This document shows, one piece after another, positions 38,898 through 47,963 of a DNA stretch of 64,000 nucleotides (the stretch's first letter is position 1; each line of letters opens with the position of its first letter). This stretch comes from Pseudomonas aeruginosa PAO1 (GTDB lineage Bacteria > Pseudomonadota > Gammaproteobacteria > Pseudomonadales > Pseudomonadaceae): the NCBI RefSeq assembly GCF_000006765.1, contig NC_002516.2; one strand, 5' to 3'. A program made the translations under genes and the position numbers. A model generated the notes under the pieces. The model made no database searches, had not been told where the DNA came from, and saw only the letters and a list, made by a program, of their open reading frames with translations.

Positions 38898-41366
38898 ATG
38901 CGCCTGCTGAAGTTCCTGTGGTGGACTTGCGTCACCCTGATTTGTGGAGTGCTGCTCAGTTTCAGCGGCGCCTATCTCTATCTGAGTCCCAGCCTGCCCT
39001 CGGTGGAAGCTCTGCGTAACGTCCAGCTGCAGATCCCCCTCAAGGTCTACAGCGAGGACGGCAAGCTGATCTCCGAGTTCGGCGAGATGCGCCGGACGCC
39101 GATCCGCTTCGCCGACATCCCGCAGGACTTCATCCATGCCCTGCTGTCCGCCGAGGACGACAATTTCGCCAACCATTATGGCGTCGATGTGAAAAGCCTA
39201 ATGCGCGCCGCCGCGCAATTATTGAAAAGCGGTCACATCCAGACTGGCGGCAGCACCATCACCATGCAGGTAGCGAAGAACTACTTCCTTACCAATGAAA
39301 GAAGCTTCTCGCGAAAGATCAATGAAATCCTCCTGGCCCTGCAGATCGAGCGACAGCTGACCAAGGACGAGATCCTCGAGCTCTACGTCAACAAGATCTA
39401 CCTGGGCAACCGTGCCTATGGCATCGAGGCTGCCGCACAGGTCTATTACGGCAAGCCGATCAAAGACTTGAGCCTGGCCGAGATGGCGATGATCGCCGGC
39501 CTGCCGAAAGCGCCCTCGCGCTACAACCCGCTGGTCAACCCGACCCGCAGTACGGAGCGGCGCAACTGGATCCTCGAGCGCATGCTCAAGCTCGGCTTCA
39601 TCGACCAGCAACGCTACCAGGCCGCCGTCGAGGAGCCGATCAACGCCTCCTACCACGTGCAGACCCCCGAACTGAATGCGCCCTACATCGCCGAGATGGC
39701 CCGTGCCGAGATGGTCGGCCGCTACGGCAGCGAGGCCTATACCGAGGGCTACAAGGTCATCACCACGGTCCGCAGCGACCTGCAGAACGCCGCCAGCCAA
39801 TCGGTCCGCGACGGCCTCATCGACTATGACCAGCGCCACGGCTACCGCGGCCCGGAGACCCGCCTGCCGGGCCAGACCCGCGACGCCTGGCTCAAGCACC
39901 TGGGCCAGCAGCGCAGCATCGGCGGCCTGGAGCCGGCGATCGTCACCCAGGTGGAAAAGAGCGGGATCATGGTGATGACCCGCGACGGCAAGGAAGAAGC
40001 CGTGACCTGGGACAGCATGAAATGGGCACGCCCCTTCCTCAGCAACAACAGCATGGGCCCGATGCCGCGCCAGCCCGCCGACGTGGCCCAGGCCGGCGAC
40101 CAGATCCGCGTGCAGCGCCAGGAAGACGGCACCCTGCGCTTCGTACAGATTCCCGCCGCACAGAGCGCGCTGATCTCCCTTGACCCGAAGGACGGGGCGA
40201 TCCGCTCGCTGGTCGGCGGCTTCTCCTTCGAGCAGAGCAACTACAACCGCGCGATCCAGGCCAAGCGCCAGCCGGGCTCCAGTTTCAAGCCGTTCATCTA
40301 CAGCGCGGCCCTGGACAACGGCTTCACCGCCGCCAGCCTGGTCAACGATGCGCCGATCGTGTTCGTCGACGAGTACCTGGACAAGGTCTGGCGACCGAAG
40401 AACGACACCAATACCTTCCTCGGCCCGATCCCGCTGCGCGAAGCCCTGTACAAGTCCCGCAACATGGTCTCGATCCGCGTCCTGCAGGGCCTGGGCATCG
40501 AGCGGGCGATCAGCTACATCACCAAGTTCGGCTTCCAGCGCGACGAACTGCCGCGCAACTTCTCCCTGGCCCTGGGTACCGCGACAGTCACACCGATGGA
40601 AATCGCCGGCGCCTGGAGCGTATTCGCCAACGGCGGCTACAAGGTCAATCCGTACGTCATCGAACGCATCGAGAGCCGCGACGGACAGGTGCTGTACCAG
40701 GCCAATCCGCCCCGCGTGCCGGTGGAAGAACAGGTCGCTGCGGATGCGGAAGACGCCGGGAATCCTGGTGACCCCGAGCATCCGGAGAGCGCCGAAGGCG
40801 AAGGTTCGATCGAAGCCCAGCAAGTCGCCGCCAAGGCCCAGACCACCTTCGAGCCGACCCCGGCCGAGCGGATCATCGATGCCCGTACCGCCTATATCAT
40901 GACCAGCATGCTGCAGGACGTGATCAAGCGCGGTACCGGGCGTCGCGCCCTGGCGCTGAAGCGCACCGACCTGGCCGGCAAGACCGGCACCACCAACGAT
41001 TCCAAGGATGGCTGGTTCTCCGGCTACAACTCCGACTACGTGACCAGCGTCTGGGTCGGCTTCGACCAGCCGGAGACCCTGGGTCGCCGCGAGTACGGCG
41101 GTACCGTCGCGCTGCCGATCTGGATCAGGTACATGGGCTTCGCCCTCAAGGACAAGCCGATGCACACCATGGCCGAGCCGCCAGGCATCGTCAGCCTGCG
41201 CATCGACCCGGTGACCGGCCGTTCGGCCGCGCCGGGCACTCCCGGCGCCTATTTCGAGATGTTCAAGAACGAGGATACCCCGCCCTCGGTCAATGAACTG
41301 CCGCCAGGCAGCTTCCCTGGCAGCCCGCTGCCGGATGACGAAGGCGCGCCGATCGACCTGTTCTGA
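38898..41366 (+). CDS. ponA: Penicillin-binding protein 1A
   Basis: Transglycosylase motifs EDDNF..HYG and GGSTITMQVAKN; transpeptidase SSFK, SRN and KTG motifs; 822 aa. Confidence 0.97.
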   Translation: MRLLKFLWWTCVTLICGVLLSFSGAYLYLSPSLPSVEALRNVQLQIPLKVYSEDGKLISEFGEMRRTPIRFADIPQDFIHALLSAEDDNFANHYGVDVKSLMRAAAQLLKSGHIQTGGSTITMQVAKNYFLTNERSFSRKINEILLALQIERQLTKDEILELYVNKIYLGNRAYGIEAAAQVYYGKPIKDLSLAEMAMIAGLPKAPSRYNPLVNPTRSTERRNWILERMLKLGFIDQQRYQAAVEEPINASYHVQTPELNAPYIAEMARAEMVGRYGSEAYTEGYKVITTVRSDLQNAASQSVRDGLIDYDQRHGYRGPETRLPGQTRDAWLKHLGQQRSIGGLEPAIVTQVEKSGIMVMTRDGKEEAVTWDSMKWARPFLSNNSMGPMPRQPADVAQAGDQIRVQRQEDGTLRFVQIPAAQSALISLDPKDGAIRSLVGGFSFEQSNYNRAIQAKRQPGSSFKPFIYSAALDNGFTAASLVNDAPIVFVDEYLDKVWRPKNDTNTFLGPIPLREALYKSRNMVSIRVLQGLGIERAISYITKFGFQRDELPRNFSLALGTATVTPMEIAGAWSVFANGGYKVNPYVIERIESRDGQVLYQANPPRVPVEEQVAADAEDAGNPGDPEHPESAEGEGSIEAQQVAAKAQTTFEPTPAERIIDARTAYIMTSMLQDVIKRGTGRRALALKRTDLAGKTGTTNDSKDGWFSGYNSDYVTSVWVGFDQPETLGRREYGGTVALPIWIRYMGFALKDKPMHTMAEPPGIVSLRIDPVTGRSAAPGTPGAYFEMFKNEDTPPSVNELPPGSFPGSPLPDDEGAPIDLF

Positions 41367-41418
41367 ACCGGCCGGCGCCTGCGCTTCGTTGGCGACGACG
41401 GGAGCGCGAGGCGCAGGC

Positions 41419-41452
41419 AAAAAGAAACCCCGCCAAGGCGGGGTTTCTTTTT
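41419..41452. terminator. Bidirectional intrinsic terminator
   Basis: AAAAAGAAACCCCGCC-aa-GGCGGGGTTTCTTTTT, perfect 16-bp inverted repeat between convergent ponA and malic enzyme genes. Confidence 0.95.
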
Positions 41453-41470
41453 ATCCGGCGGATCGATCGA

Positions 41471-42739
41471 TCAGCCGTTGAAGACGTCGTCCACCGATTT
41501 CAGCGGATAGTTCTTCGGATACGGCAGGGTAGCCACGCCGGTCTCGATGGCAGCCTTGGCCACGGCATCGGAGACCACGGTGATCAGGCGCTTGTCCATC
41601 GGCTTCGGAATGATGTACTCGCGGCCGAATTCCAGCTTGTCCACGCCATAGGCGGCGCAGACGTCTTCCGGGACCGGCTGCTTGGCCAGGTCGCGCAGGG
41701 CCAGGGCGGCGGCGATCTTCATCTCTTCGTTGATGCGCGTGGCACGTACGTCCAGGGCACCACGGAAGATGAAGGGGAAACCGAGCACGTTGTTGACCTG
41801 ATTCGGATAGTCGGAACGACCGGTAGCCATGATCACGTCGTTACGGGTGGCATGGGCCAGTTCCGGCTTGATCTCCGGGTCCGGGTTCGAGCAGGCGAAC
41901 ACGATCGGGTTCGGCGCCATGCGCTTGAGGTCTTCCGGCTCCAGCAGGTTGGCGCCGGACAGGCCGACGAACACGTCGGCGCCCTCCAGGGCGTCGGCCA
42001 GGGTGCGCTTGTCGGTCTCGGTGGCGAACACCGACTTGTACTGGTTCAGATCGTCGCGACCGGCGTGGATCACGCCCTTGCGGTCGATCATGTAGATGTT
42101 CTCGACCTTGGCGCCCATGCTCACCAGCAGCTTCATGCAGGAGATGGCGGCAGCGCCGGCGCCGAGGCAGACGATCTTCGCTTCTTCCAGCTTCTTGCCG
42201 GCCAGTTCCAGCGCGTTGAGCATGCCCGCCGCGGTCACGATGGCGGTGCCGTGCTGGTCATCGTGGAACACCGGGATGTCGCACTGTTCGATCAGCGCGC
42301 GCTCGATCTCGAAACACTCGGGAGCCTTGATGTCCTCGAGGTTGATACCGCCGAAGGTGATGGAAATACGCTTGACGGTATCGATGAAAGCCTGCGGGCT
42401 CTCGGCGTCGACCTCGATGTCGAACACGTCGATGCCGGCGAAGCGCTTGAACAGCACACCCTTGCCTTCCATCACCGGCTTGGAGGCCAGCGGGCCGAGG
42501 TTACCCAGGCCGAGAATCGCGGTGCCGTCGGAAATCACTGCCACCAGGTTGCCCTTGCCGGTGTACTGGTAGGCCAGCTCGGCATCGCGGGCGATTTCAC
42601 GCACCGGCTCGGCGACACCCGGGCTGTAGGCCAGGGACAGGTCCCGGGCGGTAGCGGTGGGTTTGGTCAGCTCGACACTCAGTTTTCCCGGACGGGGTTG
42701 TGCGTGATATTCGAGGGCAGCGGTTTTAAGATCGGACAT
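41471..42739 (-). CDS. maeB: Malic enzyme (short form, no PTA domain)
   Basis: LAYSPGVA, SDGTAILGLG, INLEDI, FHDDQHGTA, GAGAA, ATGRSDYPNQVNN motifs; 422 aa. Confidence 0.93.
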   Translation of the reverse strand: MSDLKTAALEYHAQPRPGKLSVELTKPTATARDLSLAYSPGVAEPVREIARDAELAYQYTGKGNLVAVISDGTAILGLGNLGPLASKPVMEGKGVLFKRFAGIDVFDIEVDAESPQAFIDTVKRISITFGGINLEDIKAPECFEIERALIEQCDIPVFHDDQHGTAIVTAAGMLNALELAGKKLEEAKIVCLGAGAAAISCMKLLVSMGAKVENIYMIDRKGVIHAGRDDLNQYKSVFATETDKRTLADALEGADVFVGLSGANLLEPEDLKRMAPNPIVFACSNPDPEIKPELAHATRNDVIMATGRSDYPNQVNNVLGFPFIFRGALDVRATRINEEMKIAAALALRDLAKQPVPEDVCAAYGVDKLEFGREYIIPKPMDKRLITVVSDAVAKAAIETGVATLPYPKNYPLKSVDDVFNG

Positions 42740-42841
42740 TTGGGCACTTCCGCTTTATTGCTTGTTGGACAGACGGGGCGACCGAGCATACGCAAGAAGA
42801 CGACGCCCCACAAGATCGTCAGGACCCGGCTGTCAAGACCT

Positions 42842-44281
42842 CTAGCGTACGACTTTAAGCCAATCGCCCGGACGGGGTTCACCGCTCGGATAAAGGTCAT
42901 TCAGCAGACGCAGACGAGCCACGGAGTCACTCAATGACCCCTCGCCGCCAGCCGCCAATTGCTCCAGCGTCTGCCCCGCCTTGACCTGCACCAGGTGCAG
43001 GCGTCGCGGCTGCGCCAGGGCCCGCTCCTTGTCGCGCAGCGGACGGAAGCTGCGGATCACGCTGAGGAAGCGGTCGTCCTGGGTCTCCAGGGAACCGACC
43101 TTGACCACGCCGACGAACAGGTAGGCGCGGTCGCCCTGGTAGATCACAGCAACCCGTCGCGCCGGGTTGCCTGGCACCACCGCCGTGTAGCCGTTCAGTC
43201 CTGCCTGCTTCAGCGACTCTTCCTGGGCCAGCCGTTGCCCGGCGTTCTTGCGCAGGAACTCCGCGGGCGTCAGGCGGGAATCATGGGGCACCAGCTTCAT
43301 GCCGATGAACGACTGCTCGTCCGCCGGATAGCCAAGCAGGGCACTGGGCTGGTTGAGGATCTTCCAGCCCGCCGGATAGCTCAGGGTGAAGTCCAGCTCG
43401 GCATGGTAGAAGTTCTGCCCGCGACGCACCCCGGCCGATGCCGAGTCGCCGAACGGCATGCCTTCCAGATGGCGAAGAAAGACCTCGCGCCCCACTTCCT
43501 GCTGTCCGTTGGCCAGTTGCCGGGCCGGGCCGACCACTTCCTGCAGACGCCGGTCGTTGTCCGGATGGGTATCGAACAACCCGTGGTAGCCGCCGGCCTG
43601 TACCGCCTGGCCATTGCGCGCAGCCTCTTCGCGAGCGAAGTCCTCCTGGTTCTTCAGCACCCGCACCACCTGGATCATCGCCGTCGGATCGTAGCCGGCG
43701 CGGGCCAGGTACTGAGCGCCGAGACCATCGGCTTCCAGTTCCATGTCACGCCCGTAGCCGCGGACGAAGGCCGTGCCGAGCACGTTGGCCAGGTCGCCGG
43801 CGGCACCGACCCCGGTGCCGATCGCCACCGCCTGGCCAAGGATGTTCCAGGCGCTGGCCTGGCTCTGCTGGCGCACGCTGTGGCGCGCCGTGACGTGGCC
43901 GACCTCATGACCGAGCACCGCGGCCAGTTCGGCCTCGGAGCCAAGGTAGGCGATCAGTCCGCGATGGATATAGATGTAGCCGCCCGGCAGGGCGAAGGCG
44001 TTGATGTCCGGCGAATCGATGACGGTGAAATGATATTGCAGATTGCTGCGGTGGCTGCTGCGGGCGACCCGCTCGCCTACCCGTTGCACGTAGGCCTGGA
44101 GCTTTTCATCGTTGTAGCGGGGGAACTGCTTGAGGATTTCCTGGTTGTAGCGAGCGCCCATGCCGAGTTCCTGCTGCTCGCTCATCATCACGAAATCGCT
44201 CTTGCCGGTGGCCGGGTTCACCGCGCAGCCGCCCAGCGCGCCGACTCCCAGCAACAGCAGCAGGAGCCAGGCGGTCTTCAT
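42842..44281 (-). CDS. M48-family zinc metalloprotease lipoprotein with C-terminal LysM-like segment
   Basis: Lipobox LGGC, NAFALPGG, HEVGH zinc motif, ELEAD, THP; C-terminal VQVKAGQTLEQLA; 479 aa. Confidence 0.88.
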   Translation of the reverse strand: MKTAWLLLLLLGVGALGGCAVNPATGKSDFVMMSEQQELGMGARYNQEILKQFPRYNDEKLQAYVQRVGERVARSSHRSNLQYHFTVIDSPDINAFALPGGYIYIHRGLIAYLGSEAELAAVLGHEVGHVTARHSVRQQSQASAWNILGQAVAIGTGVGAAGDLANVLGTAFVRGYGRDMELEADGLGAQYLARAGYDPTAMIQVVRVLKNQEDFAREEAARNGQAVQAGGYHGLFDTHPDNDRRLQEVVGPARQLANGQQEVGREVFLRHLEGMPFGDSASAGVRRGQNFYHAELDFTLSYPAGWKILNQPSALLGYPADEQSFIGMKLVPHDSRLTPAEFLRKNAGQRLAQEESLKQAGLNGYTAVVPGNPARRVAVIYQGDRAYLFVGVVKVGSLETQDDRFLSVIRSFRPLRDKERALAQPRRLHLVQVKAGQTLEQLAAGGEGSLSDSVARLRLLNDLYPSGEPRPGDWLKVVR

Positions 44282-45081
44282 GGCAACCATTCCAGCATCG
44301 CCGGATCGGTCACCGACATCTGCCAGCGCGCCTTGCCGGCCGGCACAGCGCCACGGCGGGAACGATCGACCACCCAGCCACGCACTTCCAGCGAACGTCC
44401 CGCCATCTGCATCACCCGTTTCGCATCGAACGCCTTGAGCACCTTCGGCTCGATCCGCAGGACCAGCGGACCGTCCATCTCCAGCCAGATACCGCCCCGG
44501 TTGCGTTCGACCTCGAGCACCCGCCCGCGGACCACGGCGAAGCCGCTCTGCGCCAGTCGATCGAGCGAAAGCACCGGCGAACGCTTCCATACACCCAGAT
44601 TAGCCGAACGCGCTGCACGTTCCGCCGCTTGCTGACAGGCCGTCAGCTCGGTGTTCGGCGCGACCGCCACCAGGTAGCCCAGGCCCTCGCCGAGCAGGCG
44701 CGCCTCGAGGTTGGCGCCGCTGGCATCGAACAGGTGCGCCAGGGTCCGCCCGTAGTGATCGCGGGCCTGGCGGCCCGGCTGCAGGGCGAGACGCCCGTCG
44801 CTGGCCGATACCAGCGCCTGCAGTCGCTGCTTCGCGGCTTCGGCGAAGGGCTCGGTGGTGCGACCGTTGTGCGCCAGCTCAGGCGCGTTGATACCGATCA
44901 GCCGCACGCTGCGGCCATCGCGCAGGCGCACGGTATCGCCGTCCACCACCCGCGCCACCTCGACGTTCTGCAAGGCGCCGGTAGGCCGGCAGGCCTCCGC
45001 CGCACCGGCGAAGGCGGAAACCACGGACATGAAAAAGGCGCCCACCAGGGACGCCTTTCTCGGTACAGCGACAAGTAGCAT
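44278..45081 (-). CDS. Thermonuclease (SNase-like) family protein with C-terminal OB-like domain
   Basis: VVDGDTV, VRLIGINAPE, DHYGRTLAH motifs. Start is uncertain (ATG 45081 or 45030). Stop overlaps the M48 start by 4 bp. Confidence 0.82.
   Translation of the reverse strand: MLLVAVPRKASLVGAFFMSVVSAFAGAAEACRPTGALQNVEVARVVDGDTVRLRDGRSVRLIGINAPELAHNGRTTEPFAEAAKQRLQALVSASDGRLALQPGRQARDHYGRTLAHLFDASGANLEARLLGEGLGYLVAVAPNTELTACQQAAERAARSANLGVWKRSPVLSLDRLAQSGFAVVRGRVLEVERNRGGIWLEMDGPLVLRIEPKVLKAFDAKRVMQMAGRSLEVRGWVVDRSRRGAVPAGKARWQMSVTDPAMLEWLP
45032..45058 (-). terminator. Intrinsic terminator of rpmE, overlapping the nuclease 5' end
   Basis: Minus strand AAAGGCG-T-CCC-tggt-GGG-CGCC-TTTTT, about 50 nt after the rpmE stop. 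Confidence 0.7.
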
Positions 45082-45104
45082 TGCGCGCGTTCGCGGCAAG
45101 CGGC

Positions 45105-45320
45105 TTACTTGGTGGCGCCGAATACGCCGAAACGCTGCTTGAAGCGGTCGATACGGCCGCCGGTGTCCAGCACCTTCTGCTTGCCGGTGTAGAACGGGTG
45201 GCATTCGGAGCACACGTCCAAGTGGATCGGCTTGCACAGGGTGGAACGGGTCTTGATGACGTTACCGCAGCTGCAGGTAGCTTCGATAGCTTCGTAAGTC
45301 GGATGGATGTCCGCTTTCAT
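45105..45320 (-). CDS. rpmE: 50S ribosomal protein L31, zinc-binding type A
   Basis: [32 protein letters not shown] motifs; 71 aa. Confidence 0.97.
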   Translation of the reverse strand: MKADIHPTYEAIEATCSCGNVIKTRSTLCKPIHLDVCSECHPFYTGKQKVLDTGGRIDRFKQRFGVFGATK

Positions 45321-45393
45321 GATTCAATCCTCGAGGCGTTGTGTGCCGCCACCCAGCGCGTTTACCAGGCACCGCACGTAATTAAGGGCGTGG

Positions 45394-45421
45394 ATCATAC
45401 CAGACCGACTCATCTATGCAA
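45394..45421 (-). promoter_or_regulatory. Putative sigma70 promoter of rpmE
   Basis: Minus strand TTGCAT-N16-TATGAT with an extended -10 TG. Confidence 0.6.
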
Positions 45422-45495
45422 GCGACCCCGCCCGCCGGTCGTCTGCTAACATCGCCGGCCCAGTCCTCGTTTCCTTCATCCCCGGAAGCCGCTGA

Positions 45496-47715
45496 GTGTC
45501 AGACCTGATCCTACGCCTAGCCCTGCCTTCGCCACTCCGCCGCCTGTTCGACTACCGCGCGCCCCGCGGCATTCCGCGCAGCGCCCTACAGCCGGGGATT
45601 CGCCTGCTGCTGCCGTTCGGGCGCCGGGAGCTGGTTGGCGTTCTGATAGAGGTGACGGACCGTTCCGAAGTACCCGAAGACAAGCTCAAGCCTGCCCTCA
45701 GGGTACTCGACGCCAAGCCGCCGATGCCGGCGCACCTGCTCGAACTCTGTCGCTGGACCGCCCAGTACTACCAGCACAGCCTCGGCGACACCCTGTCCTG
45801 GGCGCTGCCCAACCTGTTGCGCCAGGGCGAGCCGGCCGAGGCGCGCCAGCAGCGCTTCTGGCATGCCACCGCGCAATCCAGCCTCGACGATCCGCGCCTG
45901 GCCCGGGCGCCGCGCCAGCGCCAGGCCCTGGCGATTCTCAAGCAGCATCCGCACGGGGTTTCCCATGAGTTGCTGAACCAATTGGAAATAAACAAGGACA
46001 GCCTCGACCTGCTCAAGGAAAAAGGCCTGGTCGAACTGGAGGTGCGGCGCCACAGCACCCCGCCGCGCGAAGGCGGCTGGCTGGCCCAGGCGGAGTTGCC
46101 GCTGAACCCCGAGCAGCGCGCCGCCTTCGAGGCGGTTCGCGCCAGCCACGGCGGTTTCCATTGCTTCCTGCTGGCCGGGGTCACCGGCAGCGGCAAGACC
46201 GAGGTCTACCTGCAACTGATCCGCGAAACCCTGGCCGCAGGCCGCCAGGCCCTGGTGCTGATTCCCGAGATCAACCTGGGCCCGCAGACCCTGGCGCGTT
46301 TCGAACGCCGCTTCAACGCGCGCATCGCCCTGCTGCATTCGGCCCTGACCGACCGCGAGCGCCTCGATGCCTGGCTCGCCGCCCGGGATGGCGAGGCCGA
46401 CATCGTCATCGGCACCCGCTCGGCACTGTTCACGCCGCTGAAGCGGCCGGGACTGATCATCGTCGACGAGGAACACGACGCCTCCTATAAACAGCAGGAC
46501 GGCCTGCGCTACCACGCCCGCGACCTGGCACTGGTACGCGCGCGCCTGGAGAACGTGCCGATCCTGCTCGGTTCGGCCACGCCCGCCCTGGAAAGCCTGC
46601 ACAACGCCCAGGCCGGCCGCTACGGCCTGCTGCGCCTGACCCAGCGCGCCGGTGGCGCACACCCGCCGAAGTTCATCCGCCTCGACGTGAAGAGCATGCC
46701 GCTCGACGCCGGCCTTTCCCGTCCGCTGCAACAGGCCATCGGCGATACCCTGGCGGCCGGCCAGCAGGTCCTGGTATTCCTCAATCGCCGCGGCTTCGCT
46801 CCGACCCTGCTTTGCCACGACTGCGGCTGGATCAGCCAATGCCCGCGCTGCGACGCGCGGATGACCGTGCACCAGGGCAGCGGCGAGTTGCGCTGCCACC
46901 ACTGCGACCACCGCCAGCGGCCGCCGATGAACTGCCCGCAATGCGGCAAGCTCGACCTGCGTCCGCTAGGCGCCGGCACCGAGCGCGCCGAGGAACGCCT
47001 GCGGATTCTCTTCCCGAACCATCCGGTGCTGCGCATCGACCGCGACAGCACCTCGCGCAAGCACGCCATGCGCGACCTCTTCGCCACCATCAACAGCGGT
47101 GAGCCATGCATCCTGGTCGGCACCCAGATGCTCGCCAAGGGGCACCACTTCCCACGGGTCACCCTGGTGGCGATCCTCGATGCCGATGGCGGCCTGTTTT
47201 CCGCCGACTTCCGCGCCAGCGAACGCATGGCCCAGCAGATCGTCCAGGTCGCCGGCCGCGCAGGACGCGCCGAGGAGCCCGGGCGGGTACTGATCCAGAC
47301 CCACCTGGCCGATCACCCGCTGCTGGTCCAGCTCACCGAGGACGGCTACTTCGCCTTTGCCGAACAGGCCCTCAGCGAACGCCGCGCCGCCGGCCTGCCG
47401 CCCTTCGCCCACCTCGCCCTGCTGCGCGCCGAAGCGCACAAGCCGGGCCAGGCGGAAGCCTTCCTCGACAGCGCCTGCAGTGCCGCCGAGCAATTGCTCG
47501 AGCAGATGGGCGGACCGGAGGTGGAACTGCTCGGGCCGGTGCCCGCGCCCATGGAGCGGCGTGCCGGCAAGCACCGCGCGCAACTGCTGCTGCAGTGCAT
47601 GAGCCGGGCGCCGCTGCATCGCCTGCTGACACCCTGGCTGCAGAGCCTCGAACAGTTGCCCGGCGGGCGCCAGGTGCGCTGGTCGCTCGATATCGATCCG
47701 ATCGACCTGTTCTGA
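45496..47715 (+). CDS. priA: Primosomal protein N'
   Basis: GVTGSGKTEVY, VDEEHD, four CxxC zinc motifs, GTQMLAKGHHF, QVAGRAGR; GTG start; 739 aa. Confidence 0.96.
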   Translation: MSDLILRLALPSPLRRLFDYRAPRGIPRSALQPGIRLLLPFGRRELVGVLIEVTDRSEVPEDKLKPALRVLDAKPPMPAHLLELCRWTAQYYQHSLGDTLSWALPNLLRQGEPAEARQQRFWHATAQSSLDDPRLARAPRQRQALAILKQHPHGVSHELLNQLEINKDSLDLLKEKGLVELEVRRHSTPPREGGWLAQAELPLNPEQRAAFEAVRASHGGFHCFLLAGVTGSGKTEVYLQLIRETLAAGRQALVLIPEINLGPQTLARFERRFNARIALLHSALTDRERLDAWLAARDGEADIVIGTRSALFTPLKRPGLIIVDEEHDASYKQQDGLRYHARDLALVRARLENVPILLGSATPALESLHNAQAGRYGLLRLTQRAGGAHPPKFIRLDVKSMPLDAGLSRPLQQAIGDTLAAGQQVLVFLNRRGFAPTLLCHDCGWISQCPRCDARMTVHQGSGELRCHHCDHRQRPPMNCPQCGKLDLRPLGAGTERAEERLRILFPNHPVLRIDRDSTSRKHAMRDLFATINSGEPCILVGTQMLAKGHHFPRVTLVAILDADGGLFSADFRASERMAQQIVQVAGRAGRAEEPGRVLIQTHLADHPLLVQLTEDGYFAFAEQALSERRAAGLPPFAHLALLRAEAHKPGQAEAFLDSACSAAEQLLEQMGGPEVELLGPVPAPMERRAGKHRAQLLLQCMSRAPLHRLLTPWLQSLEQLPGGRQVRWSLDIDPIDLF

Positions 47716-47963
47716 GCGCCTTCCAGGAAGACGCCCCGCTTGACTGGGGTCAGCCGGAATCCGCGATGTCCGGCGCAAACTGTCGGCTAATCGCCGCAAC
47801 GGTTGGCAACGCCTGTCCGCCCACGGATAATGCGCGGTTCTGAGCCTCGACCGGCCACCCCGCGCACATCGCGGGGAGTGAACTTCGGAGCGCCGCATCC
47901 GCCGGCCCTTCCCCTGCCCGACCGTCGCGCGCCGCCCCTCTGCCCGCGAGCACGGAGAGAACG

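Noticed and set aside
40720-40860. Acidic low-complexity insertion in the PBP1A transpeptidase domain
   Set aside because: In frame, catalytic motifs intact; consistent with a variable surface loop, and nothing in the sequence suggests an intein or mobile element.
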